Assembly: GCA_964016885.1 (NCBI GenBank)
Contig: OZ024740.1
Coordinates: 299,646,001-299,710,000 of the forward strand
DNA: 64,000 bases
DNA from: Eledone cirrhosa
Taxonomy: Eukaryota
Direction: 5' to 3'
Under the pieces are notes generated by a model. That model was given only the letters and a program-made list of their open reading frames with translations. It had not been told where the DNA came from and ran no database searches. A program made the translations under genes and the position numbers. Each line of letters starts with the position of its first letter. Position 1 is the first letter of the stretch. This document shows positions 22,522 through 35,124 of the stretch, piece after piece.

Positions 22522-25500
22522 ATACAGCGTGGTGATAATGCCACACAAGGGCCAAGTGGAACGGCGAATCTACAGATGGCTATGTAACCATACATTCGCC
22601 AATCCTCGATAAGAGTGTTTAAATATCGAACATAAACAGTTCGAATAACGGTGAAATGGAGACTAGGACGTCATTTGACAGACTCTCACCCAACAGGTGC
22701 CCCCTGGCTCAGCAGCAGGAACCTGACTGTCAACCAAATACTGCTGATGTTAGAGGAAGAAGAAGAAGGAAAGGGGCCAGAACCAACTGGACGAAAGAAT
22801 TGAATAGAACTGTAATGCAATGTTACCTGAAAAGTAACCCCAAGGAGAGGGGCTACAGGAGACGGATGCATAACATCTGGAACGAGATTGGTCTATTTAA
22901 ATTAGATGAACAAAAATTGGCCGGGCAGGCTCGGGTAATAAGAACTAATGGGTGGATAAGCGAGCTGGAACTGGAGGAACTGAGCAGAGAGAATGGCTTG
23001 GAGATGGCGGGTCTAGTATGCCAGACAAGCGAGCCAGTGGGAAATGAAGGTGAAGAGGTCCTGAGAACGGAGGAACCACCCGAAGCAGACAATGATCTGA
23101 ATACTGAGATAAATAATACCTGGAACAGAGATACGGCCACTGAGGAGATGAATGCTGACGGGCTAGGACAAGATTCGGTTGACATCCTAAATTTAGTGGT
23201 AGATGAATTGAACAATGATAGTGGGAGACCTATGAACCTAAGATTTGTAGACAGGAAAAAGTTAAAAGAAACAACAGCTAAGGTAAACAAAGTCATCCCA
23301 TACCTTGAGGCGAGGAGCCTTCACTAGTGCAACAATATCCTCAAAGCAACAGCAAATACGGTGAGGAAACTACTTGGTATAAAAGCGAGAGGAAACAACA
23401 GACAAGAAAGAGCAGAGCCGTGGTGGAAGAAACGACTGAGTGGTCAAATCTCGGAAATGAGAAATGACATAGGAAAGCTTGAGTCACTACTAAAGCTTGA
23501 GTCACACTAAAAAACATAGGCACTAAAAATAGACTGGAAATAAAGTACAAAACTAGGAGGAAAAAGCTAAATATTATCATAGAGGAACTGAAGCAACGCA
23601 TTGTAGCAAAGAGTGCAAAAATCAGGCGATACGAGAACAGAGTCAGTCAGTATAAACAGAACCGCATGTTCGACAACAACTAGAAGATGCTGTTTGGACA
23701 GCTTGAGGGGAAAGAAAGAGGCAACGACTTGATCCCTGGGGCGGAGCAAACTAAAACATTCTGGAGAGGAATATGGGAGCAGGATGTTAGACATAATGTC
23801 CAGGCAGGGTGGATTGAGACAGTACAGAGGGAGATCGGTGAGCAGGCACACCAACAAACTGATTTGAGTATCACAGTTGAAACTCTTCTGGGGCAGGCCA
23901 AAAAACTAACCAACTGGAAATCACCAGGCCCAGATGGTGTGCAGAGGTATTGGATTAAACATTTAACATCCCTCCACCCGAAGCTGACGGCCATGTTCAA
24001 TGACTGCTTGGTGTCGGGTGAGGTGCCAGAGTGGTTGACAAAAGGTACCACAGTTCTGATAATGAAAGACCGAATCAAGGGTAATGATATTACCAACTAT
24101 AGACCTATCACATGTCTGTCCGTAATGTGGAAACTGTTGACGAGCATTGTGTCTGAGGAAATCTACCATCACCTCCACACAAACAACTTGTTACCGGACG
24201 AACAGAAAGGATGCCGAAAGAAGTCACGTGGTACAAAGGACCAGTTACTTATTGATAAGATGGTAATGGGGAATTGCAGGAGGAGACACACTGATCTTGC
24301 CATGGGATGGATAGACTACAGAAAGGCATTTGACATGGTGCCTCATTCTTATTCACCAAAAGCCTGGAGATCTTCAGGGTGGCGGATAACATCAGACAGT
24401 TGCTGGGCAGGAGTATGGGGTCCTGGGAGACAGAGTTGACATCATCTGGAGTATCCTTGGGAAGCGTGAAGATCAAGAGAGGTATCTTCCAGGGAGATAG
24501 CCTGTCCCCTCTGTTGTTTGTCCTTGCCCTGATGCCCTTGACCATTATGCTGCGAAAAGTGAGAGCAAGATACAAGTTGGGAAAGGGAGAGCTTACCATC
24601 AATCACCTCCTCTTCATGGACGATCTTAAGCTCTTCGGGAAAAGTGAGAAGGAGTTGGATGTGCTTGTTGACACTGTCCGTATTTTCAGCAGTGATATAT
24701 GTATGCAGTTTGGTATTAGTAAATGTGGAGTCATTGTGATGAGGAGGGGTAGGTTGAGCAGAAATAACGGGATCCAGATACCAACAGGTGAGATGATAAA
24801 GGAAATTGACTCTGAGGAAGGATACAAGTATTTGGGCGTTCTGGAGGCTGATGGCATAAAGAACAAAAAAATGAAGGAATTGTTAAGAACTGAATACATT
24901 CGGAGAGTAAGGAGCGTATTGAAGTCACATCTGAACAGCAGAAATGCCATAAGCGCAGTAAATTCCCGAGCTGTGTCTATTATTAGGTACAGTGCGGGAA
25001 TTCTGAGATGGAATGTTGCTGAACAAAAAGAAATGGATAGGAAGACTAGGAAGCTATTGACTATCTACAACATGCTCCACAAGAGGAGTGATGTCGATAG
25101 ACTCTACCTAAGGAGATCTGAGGGTGGAAGAGGTCTTATCAGCATAGAGGACTGTGTTCAGATGGAGAAGAACAACCTATACAAATACGTGACCTATAGT
25201 AAGGAGCCAATGCTCAGAACTGTACTGAAGGAGGGGACAGTAGGCCAGGGGATGTCCAAGGAGGAAATAACATCAAGGAGGAAGAGCAGCCTTAAGGGAA
25301 AATCCCTTCATAGTACCTTCTTTGAGAAAACTGAATTTAGAGATCCACAGACATGGAACTGGTTGAGAAGAGGAGACCTCAAAAAGGCTACAGAAGGAAT
25401 GCTAATGGCTGCGCAGGAGCAGGCCCTCAAAACGAAGTGGTTGAAGCACCATATTTACAAGGAGGAGGCTAGCCCACTGTGCAGGATCTGTGGAGAGAGA

Positions 25501-26126
25501 GAGGAGACTGTGGCTCACATTGTGTCCGAGTGTAAACACCTAGCCCAGACCCACTATAAGGGCTGGAGACACGATGTGATGGGCAGGGTGATCCACTGGC
25601 ACCTGTGCAAAGTAAACAATTTACCACATTCTGAGAAATGGTATGAGCATAGGCCAGAGGCGGTGATGGAGAACAATTAGGTGAAGGTGCTGTGGGATTT
25701 TAGGATACAGACGGACAAAAAACTGGAACATAATAGACCTGACCTGGTGGTTGTGAACAAAGAAAAAAGATCGTGTCTGATTGTGGATGTGGCCTGCCCT
25801 TTCGACACGAGAGTGCAAGAGAAGGAGAGGGAGAAAATTAACCGATACCAGGACCTAAATTGGGAGGTGAAAATGATTTGGAACTGCCATGAAGTCAAAG
25901 TGATCCCGATTGTCATAGGCGCACTGGGGACTATCTCCAAAAGTTTCCAGGGATGGTTAAAGAAAATCGGCCCCTTCACGCTTTTTGGAACGCTTCAAAA
26001 GGCATGCTTGCTTGGAACAGCAAGAACCCTCCGATACGTCCTGAATATCTGAGGCTGCAGGTAGTGGCTTGATATTCATTCCAACGGACTTTCCAGTTAA
26101 CCAACATCAATGACTGAGATTCAAGG
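22522..26126 (+). mobile_element. R4/Dong-like RLE retrotransposon (lineage B), near full-length, disrupted
   Basis: ORF pieces 22656-23327, 23687-24439, 24379-25680 and 25681-26052 with RT (FMDD), CRIC..HIVSEC and RLE (RPD..D..KINRY); (AAC)(AAT)n tail. Confidence 0.92.
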
Positions 26127-26160
26127 AATAACAACAATAATAATAATAATAATAATAATA

Positions 26161-26412
26161 GGATTTGGAAATGCCATGAAGTCAAAGTGATCCCGATTGT
26201 CATAGGCGCACTGGGGACTATCTCCAAAAGTTTCCAGGGATGGTTAAAGAAAATCGGCCCCTTCACGCTTTTTGGAACGCTTCAAAAGGCATGCTTGCTG
26301 GGAACAGCAAGAACCCTCCGATACGTCCTGAATATCTGAGGCTGCAGGTAGTGGCTTGATATTCATTCCAACGGACTTTCCAGTTAACCAACATCAATGA
26401 CTGAGATTCAAG

Positions 26413-26413
<1 letters not shown>
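26161..26413 (+). mobile_element. Tandem 253-bp 3'-end copy of R4/Dong lineage B
   Basis: Near-identical repeat of ~25874-26126, between (AAT)n tracts; followed by (AAT)n and (AAG)n to ~26573. Confidence 0.92.
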
Positions 26414-26451
<38 letters not shown>

Positions 26452-26835
26452 TAAGAAGAAGAAGAAAAAGAAGAAGAAGAAGAAGAAGAAGAAGAAGAAG
26501 AAGAAGAAGAAGAAGAAGAAGAAGAAGAAGAAGAAGAAGAAGAAGAAGAAGAAGAAGAAGAAGAAGAAGAAGAAAATGCGTAGCAGTTGCAGATGTTAAA
26601 GTCCTTTATTGATAAGGCTGTGATACATATTTCAATGCTGACAGTGTCCACGTGATTCTGTGCAACCAAAGCTACTTTACATAGTAAGGTTACCTTCTCG
26701 AGGCAATCCAAACTAAAACGACAAGGGAACCGTGAAACATTATGTTTTAGTTTAGATTGCCTCGAGGACGTAACCTTATTATATAATGAAGCTGTGGAAA
26801 ATATACGTAGAGTGCTTGAATTGAATCTCTCTCTC

Positions 26836-26879
<44 letters not shown>

Positions 26880-26913
26880 ACTCTCTCTCTCTCTCTCTCA
26901 CTCTAACTCTCTC

Positions 26914-26955
<42 letters not shown>

Positions 26956-26966
26956 ATATATATATA

Positions 26967-27040
26967 CAGGATAGGGCATAAAGTACTCCCATATTTTACA
27001 CGATCAACCGTTAAAATGTGGGTGATATCTTTGCTACCCC

Positions 27041-27043
<3 letters not shown>
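26967..27043. mobile_element. Tiny Tc1/mariner-like MITE
   Basis: TA|CAGG...CCTG|TA with imperfect inverted repeats (cccatatttta / taaaatgtggg). Confidence 0.5.
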
Positions 27044-27132
<89 letters not shown>

Positions 27133-27933
27133 TAAAGGTGATCATACACGATCCATTCAGTTTGTGGATATGTTTCATGTTTCCCTATGTGTGTTGAAGT
27201 TCTTCTATCAATGTAACTCACTATTTCAAAGGCATTTGTATATTTCTGGCAAAATCAATATATCCTTATTTGTGGCAAACCTCACCTTTTCAATTATTGC
27301 TATAACACCTCTAAAGATCTTCGACGCGTTTAATGTCTACCTACTCTGTATTACCACATTTCGATCGATACCCCGTTATCTCAGAAGATTTAGTGCCCTG
27401 CAGTGCGGTCGGAAATGTGGTCTCGTGGTGGAAATGCGGCTTCTAACCATTTTATTCAGCTATGCATGGCAAGGAATTTTCGACCTCAATACTGTTATTT
27501 AGATTCCTGTAAATTGTATTCCAATGCAAATGTGTATTAAACCCTAACGGAGAGAACTCTGCTTCGCAGGTTATATCCTGCTTTTCAAAATAAATTAATA
27601 GATATAAATCCTTAGATTTGATACATCTATATTGGATTTATGTCAGGATTATTGCCTTGCTAAATTTAAAATCATGTCACCGCGATCTTTTTTTATTTCA
27701 ATTTTAATGAAGCAATACCATAAACTGAATAGGAATTACTACACCTAAACGTTGGAGTATGTTTTGAGAAGAGGCATATATCCCGCGAAAGAGCTATGAC
27801 TCAGTCAGGATTTTCTTTCTGCATACACACACATACACACACATACACACACACACACATATATATATAATATATTTATATATATATACATATATATACA
27901 TTCACATACACACACATGCGCACACACAAACAT

Positions 27934-27965
<32 letters not shown>

Positions 27966-28419
27966 TAGATTCAACATACACATGTATGGGTACTTAAGTT
28001 TCCTTGGGTTATTCACCACTACTTATTCAGCCTCTCTTGTAAATAAAAATGGCTACCAAGGAAATAAGAAAAGTTCTTAGGGTAGATAATCCCGAACTGA
28101 TATATAAATGAACAAACCCCTTGAATAATGTAAGTGAAAAGGGATGTAACTATAGAAATATCTAGTGAGGCAACTAGCGTTACACAAGGAGCCCGATAGT
28201 TAGGTTGAAATGTCGAAGAATATAGATTCAGTTAATCCGATCCAAACCATTTTCAGACCATATTTTGCTTCATATACCCTCAGTTGTCTCGCTATCAAAG
28301 AAAACATTAACTTCCTCTTTAGCTATGTGAATGTCACACATATCTCAAAACCCGTTGACAAAGCCATACAGTTATTTTAAGGTTTGTTAATCTCTAATCA
28401 GTGACATTCATTCAACTTG

Positions 28420-28756
28420 CAATATGAACTGACACTGACAGGACGTATGAAGAGGCCTACATTTTTTCAGGTAACCCAGCGGATGAAAAACACGATGAGT
28501 GCTGTGAAAATTGATAACACCTAGATGGCACCGGAGATGATTTTCTGTATAATGATAGCGACCCAAGTAATTCTAAAAACAGCGATGACCTCCGAGGAAT
28601 GCGAGGAAGATGATGAATTTCGGGAAATAGACGAGCGTTACAGCCAGGAAATCAATGAGGGTGACAGCAGTTAATTTTTTTATTTTCCATTATATTCATC
28701 TTAAATTTAGAGTGAGTCCTATATTCCGGTGCATCTTATATTCCGAAAAATATGGT
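28420..28756 (+). mobile_element. pogo/Tigger-like DNA transposon 3' relic
   Basis: Hand translation gives YELTLTGRMKRPTFFQV and, in another frame, LDGTGDDFLY, which resemble pogo-like transposase C-termini. Ends in a pogo-type TIR (gtgcatcttatattccgaaaaatatgg). Confidence 0.6.
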
Positions 28757-28966
28757 GTATATATTTTCCAAAGCGGCAATACTATCAAATGTATGAACGG
28801 ACGCTCTATCTCAAAATTATTTTTGAAAAGCATTTAGAAATGCACAACCGGTAAAAACTTAAAACCACAACTGAATACTAACCAATACAATTACTAATAC
28901 TCTTTTATTCCTAATTAAACTATTTTTCAACTGTGAACAATTTGTCAGCATTTTCTATTCCGTTTA

Positions 28967-29015
<49 letters not shown>

Positions 29016-29029
29016 TTTTATATATATAA

Positions 29030-29335
29030 TTATTGACCAACCAATCAAATTACTTCTCTAAAAACCTGGCGTTTCCAGCCATTCTTTTCCATATAAAACA
29101 AGTAACATTCAAAGACCAACCAGATGTGAGAAAAACCACAGACCCTCCATCTCAACTCACCTTTTGAAAAGCAGAAGAACTGCGAAACCGGTAAAGGAAC
29201 CAAATAAATATATATATTTAAAAAAAAACTAAGACTCCAGTTCCATTTTCGATTTCATCTCTTTTTCTTTATACTTTCACTCGTGTAGGACACCTCGGTT
29301 ATTTTTCATTTTGTAAAATAAACCTCACTTTCTAA
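29030..29335 (+). mobile_element. Solo Penelope-type pLTR in (TA)n, same family as 37401-37680
   Basis: Shares ~200 bp with 37401-37680 and contains a hammerhead motif. Confidence 0.7.
29160..29197 (+). ncRNA. Minimal type-I hammerhead ribozyme, U3-A8 core variant
   Basis: cctt-TTGAAAA-gcag(aagaa)ctgc-GAAA-ccgg-TA-aagg: stems I and II paired, palindromic stem III. Confidence 0.65.
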
Positions 29336-29649
29336 TATATACATATATATATATATAGAAACGTGATCCTGGTATGTGTATATGCATTTTTTCTTCGAAC
29401 TTTAATTGTATACCTAATTGTCTATGGTTGACGGTATATTTAATCGATTTCCACGTGCTGTTGAAATGTTGGGTAAATATTCTATCGCGGTTGGTCGTGA
29501 AGAGATTGTTGTAGTTTATTTATCTACTATTTCTTCATAGGTGCCTTTTAATCTTATAGCCTGGTGTAATTAATTTTTTGTGTGGCAAATTATGCCATTT
29601 AGGAGGGGAAATGGTGTATATATATTATCAAATGATTCTATACTTATAG

Positions 29650-29729
<80 letters not shown>

Positions 29730-31697
29730 TAATATTAAGGATACTATTTATGGTTATGTATATACTAAAGCTTTTTATAGTTATGTATATTTTAAACCCT
29801 AAACAGTGAAGGTCAGTAATGTATTACTACCTTATTACCAGTAAGATAAATAGCTCAATGTAATAACATCAGTTGTTCTACAGAGCAGTTATATAGAATT
29901 CACAAGAATCAAAGCTATGGTCAAAGCATTTATTCACTTACAATTGTTTCATCCAAACCTAGGCTTGGGGTCTTCGGAGCATTTTTCAATCTTTGTACAC
30001 ATAATTGACCTCCTTAATAAAAAAGCGGAAGTGTTTGCGTCGTGCCAGCACCGCTTCCGGCACTCCTTCCAAAACTTTAAACCCAATATATAACAATGTC
30101 AGATTTGAACCCATCAGCACTTCTAACACCACACCTCAAGGGCACACCTTACACCACAACTCCACACTCTCTGATCCACCCTATCTCGACACAAATCATT
30201 CCATCTATCTATAACTTTATACCCTAGAAATATCCCCATAAACACCTACTTTTAGTATAATTACTTTCAATTACTTATAATTATATAGTGATACAATACA
30301 GTCTATATAAGCTTTAAATACCAGATTCGACAATGAGTTATATATGCAATTGTATTTATATGTATGGAGTGATAACATTGGATATATATAAGATTAATTT
30401 ATTAACATAAGAGATCTGTCTAACTTATATGTTGAGTGCAATTAATTATGTATGAATAGTATGTGAGTTATATATGCAAGTATAACTTGATGGATAGATT
30501 AATGATATTGTAAATGAGGGATGTATTTGTCTGCCCTAGACATGTATTTGGCTTTGGCATACAAACAGCCATACGCTGCTCCAGAACTTACCAGGGGTTA
30601 TGTAGACATAATTCTAATAGGTCCCCTGACATGTTCTGAGAGTGGACTACATTTGCAGTGAACTTTGATATAAAGATATGGCTCTTTGTATGGAGTATTC
30701 AGTTGTAGCACTGTATGATAGGGAGTAATCGTCCTAATATACCTTTAGTACACCATGATAGAATGTTCCTTTAGTATATCATGATACAATAGACTGTATT
30801 TAAAATTGGAAACTGGATATAAATATATAACCTTTTATATTAAGGAACTCAATTGAGGCGCCTTATAATGTATGTTAGAACAATGAATTTAGTTATGGAA
30901 CTCTGCTAGTTACCTCCCCTTACGCATTAACTCCCCTTAATTACACACATACTTCTGGGTAATAAACCGCTGTAAATTCTCGCAGCAGAATCAACCTATT
31001 CTATAAATTCGGACTAAATAACACTGAGCCGCAATAAGCTAAAATAATTTAATTTAATGCATCAAACACCCAATACGGAATCATCGTTGCTTATGTGATG
31101 GATGTAAAAACAATATTTGCTTTTCCTGAATGTGAAAATGGTGGTGGATACGAAAACCCTAACTTTCTTTTGCTTCTCCTTTTTATTTTTATTTGTCAGC
31201 ACACATAATTTTTTATTATAAACAAAAAATACCTTACCACTACAACCACCATAATACTCTTACTTACCCGCTTAAAGTGCTTGTATTACATGTAACACCC
31301 TGCCACACAATAATCATATATATAAATGAGACACACTTGCATGCCCCACGTGTAACTAACGCATACACTAACTACTACATCTGACTAACAAACTATCCTC
31401 TTGCATTATCTGTGTTAACTGCCGAATGTATTTTAATTTTGTTTTAATTTTGTTTTAATTTTAATTCTGATTTTGATTTTGAATTTGAATTGCTATACAG
31501 AAATAATATAATATAATATTTGTCAGTCCACTGTACATCAATATATATATATGTATCTGTATGTCTCTTGCGTTGAAAAGAAGGTCAATTATGTGTACAA
31601 ACATTGAAAAATGGTCCGAAGACCCCATGCCTAGGTTTGGATGAAACAATTGTAAGTGAAAAAATGCTTTGAACATAGCTTTCATACTTGTGAATTC

Positions 31698-31702
<5 letters not shown>
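29730..31702 (-). mobile_element. Degenerate PLE bounded by ~120-bp inverted pLTR segments (29891-30011 / 31582-31702)
   Basis: The inverted repeats contain a hammerhead-like CCGAAGA..GAAAcaattgTA; weak RT-like peptide remnant (DLLELCL) on the minus strand inside. Confidence 0.55.
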
Positions 31703-31771
<69 letters not shown>

Positions 31772-31774
31772 TAG

Positions 31775-31894
<120 letters not shown>

Positions 31895-32505
31895 ATATAT
31901 ATGTATATATATGTATATGTGTGTAGATTCCAATCACAACACATGATACAATAAGAGATATATCGATTGTGAAGCCATAATCGATTATCACTGAGCTCAT
32001 CAGGTGAAAATAAATTGTCTTCAAATTCTTGATATGAGGGAGAAAAATAACCATGTTCTCTCACAGATTTCATTCCCTCATATGAAGACACACCAGCCAG
32101 AGACACGGCGACTGCTATTAACTTCAGATGAGGTCATACAAGTTTTCAGATTTCTATCGCTGCAAAAGACGCTGGACATCAATCAAATCTATAGGGATAC
32201 AGTCAGTCACAGTTAATGTGAGTGGGTACATACACATTCCACACCCACATACACCGGCTCGAGGTCAAAGAAAAATATATACATATATATACACACATCA
32301 ACACAGTATTAAACCTATAGAGTTAGTGTGGGTGGGTACACACACTCACACACACCGAAGCGATGTCCGAGAAAAAACAAATATAAGAAAACAAATATAA
32401 GAATGTACCAACACAGCACTCACCGAAAGTTAGTTCACAAAACAACAGAAGCTATATTGGTCAAATCTCAATTTGACAATGTAAATTGGAAATATTGGGT
32501 TAACC

Positions 32506-32588
<83 letters not shown>

Positions 32589-32672
32589 ACACACACACAC
32601 ACAAGCAAGTAAGTTCAGTTCAGTGTTCTGCTATACGTGTATAGATTGAATTGTAACATCCATATCTTCAAG

Positions 32673-32877
32673 TGGTATATACACATCCGAATCGTCCAAA
32701 AAAAAGTATGTCCGGGTACATACACATCCATGTGAAGAGCAAGCAATCAGCTCATATCGAACTCAATGGGATAGCGGTACATACTGAGTTCGATATGAGC
32801 TGATTGCGTGTTCTTCACATGGATGTGTATATACCAGGACATACCCTTTTTCGGACGATTCGGATGTGTATATACCA
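32673..32877. repeat. 93-bp-arm inverted repeat (fold-back element or MITE)
   Basis: Arms at 32673-32765 and 32785-32877 are near-complementary, with a 19-nt loop. Confidence 0.8.
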
Positions 32878-33006
32878 TAACATATACAAAAGCGTGGAGA
32901 TATACAAAAGCGTGGAGAACTTAATATTGCTAACATAAAGTTATTGGACCATTTTACACAACCAATAATGCACTTTACTATGTAATAACTATATACATAT
33001 ATATAC

Positions 33007-33039
<33 letters not shown>

Positions 33040-33050
33040 CACACACACAC

Positions 33051-33118
<68 letters not shown>

Positions 33119-33382
33119 GTAGGAGGTGAGTTTTATTGTAGCCAATAAAGCAATGCAAATATCAGATAAGTAGCACTCTGCAATTTGTAGGACTGGAGTA
33201 TAAATAATATAAGATCAAAAGATGGTTAAAAGAGTTCCAAGTATTTTATTATGCGCATTTCAAAAACAAATATCATCATGACATGATGAAAACGCAGATA
33301 TCATCTCATGATGATATTTGTTTTTGAAATGCGCATAATAAAATACTTGGAACTCTTTTAACCATCTTTTAATCTTATATTA
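33119..33382. mobile_element. (TA)n-embedded fold-back pLTR remnant with partial hammerhead
   Basis: 77-bp arms at 33205-33281/33306-33382; aTGATGA-long stem II-GAAA-tgcgca-TA on the plus strand. Confidence 0.65.
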
Positions 33383-33402
33383 TATCTCTATATATATACA
33401 TA

Positions 33403-33562
33403 TAGGAACGAGTAGGACCCCGACGGCTGAGCTGAAGCCGGTCGAAACGGCTTGAGCTCAGCCGTCGAGGTCCTACTCGTTGCTATTACCCACTCTACTA
33501 CCCTAAGTATTGAGTACTTTGCTGCGTTATGGTCCATCTGGTTACTTACCACATTTCCTTCG

Positions 33563-33564
<2 letters not shown>
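33403..33564. mobile_element. Fold-back mini-element, family copy 2
   Basis: Reverse-complement match to 1021-1221, with a shorter hairpin. Confidence 0.8.
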
Positions 33565-33612
<48 letters not shown>

Positions 33613-33741
33613 AAAGTTATATTTAAATTGTTGGGTTAACAACGAGTAAATATTTATAACTGATATAAAAGCACTCAACAAGTATTTGGAGTATATTTAT
33701 GATATTAAATAAATGGAAACTATATTTATAAAACCATATTT

Positions 33742-33805
33742 ATTTCGTTATATATATTTCAGGGATATCATATTAACAATATGTTATGCCTTCTTCAGAC
33801 AAAAT
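33742..33805 (-). ncRNA. Minimal type-I hammerhead ribozyme in the Hydra-type PLE 3' pLTR
   Basis: attttgt-CTGAAGA-agg(c)ata(a)catatt gtt aatatg(a)tat(c)cct-GAAA-tatata-TA-acgaaat; canonical core, 7-bp stem I. Confidence 0.8.
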
Positions 33806-35124
33806 ACAATATAAACAGTCTTATAAATAAATAGATACGACATACCTTTCAATCACCTTGCATTTGGGAGGTTGATTTGGCAGTAAAAAATATTGTGGAC
33901 AGTTGTAAAAAGAAAGAGAGAAAGAAGAAAGAAAGAGAAACGAAGAAAAAGAAGAAATGCATGTGACTAAATAGAGAGATATAGAAAGATAGATAAAGAG
34001 AAGAACTTCATGTAAAGAATCAGAGAGAAATATATATAGAGAGAGGAAAAAAGAGATAGATAGAGATAGATAGAGAAACTAGGAAGTTGAGTATCGGTTG
34101 ATACATTTATTTGTTTATTTATTTATTTATTTAGCTCTAGTATTAATGTAAAGAGAGATGTATGTAGTTAAGAGAGAAAATAGCCGTTATATAGAGAGAA
34201 AAAAGAGAAAATGAAAAAGAGAAAATGAAAAATAACCAGACATAAACGAGGCAGAATTTAAAAACGCTATGTTTTATCCTGTAGAAAATATTAGTTCGTA
34301 TAAAACAGGCATTATAATGTAAATATCAGTATTCATGAATGAGACATGTATCTATAATGTGTGAAAAGTAATGATCTTATGTCTAGTTTTTAAAAATTCA
34401 TATGTTTATATCATAATTATAAACAAACTCCCAATTCACACGAAAACATTCTCATTGTGCTATAAAAATTCAAGTATACGTATATGTGTGTATATATACA
34501 CATATATATAGAGTCTATATTAATTTTAACAATACTATTCTTGTCTTTACTCTACATGATTGTCGATCAAGCAGAAATAGAGAACAGATTTCAATATATT
34601 AATAAAAATAAAAATAAAAATAAAAATAAAAATAAAAATAAAAATAAAAATAAAAATAAAAATATCAGAGACAAGAAAATAAATAAATAAACAGAAAACT
34701 AATACATTTAATATTAAAAATAAAAAATATTACAAAATATTAAAAAATACTAAAAATAAAACATAGTATGCCACGCAAATCGGCCACAGAGATCAGCCTT
34801 TCAAAGTTAATTGACAATATATTGCCAAGTTCATCATAAGCATCAGAGTCGAAACAGATAAAACAAAAATTGTTTACCAAATCCTGTCTAGCAGACATCA
34901 TTCCAAAAGTTTAGGATATCCATTTGGTTTACATATGTTCTTATATTTAATATAGAAGTTTATCTAGTGTAAAATTTAATTCGATATATTTGGAGCATCA
35001 GCTTTTAGGGTAGTTTAATTATTCATGAAGAATGTTTTAATAAAAAGAATGTTTTAATAAAAAGAAGAAATCGAAAGATTTATCGGCTAGTTTCATAGAT
35101 AATTACAAATCAAATCAAACATAA

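Noticed and set aside
22522-22655. Possible HDV-like ribozyme at the 5' ends of the R4/Dong-like elements (also 18570-18730)
   Set aside because: Hairpins are present (ggcgaat/attcgcc), but no L3/P3 signature or nested pseudoknot could be assigned by eye.
31925-32230. CTGATGA on the minus strand at ~31995-32002 (also ~43182-43188)
   Set aside because: No properly placed GAAA, stem III or stem I, so not counted as hammerheads.
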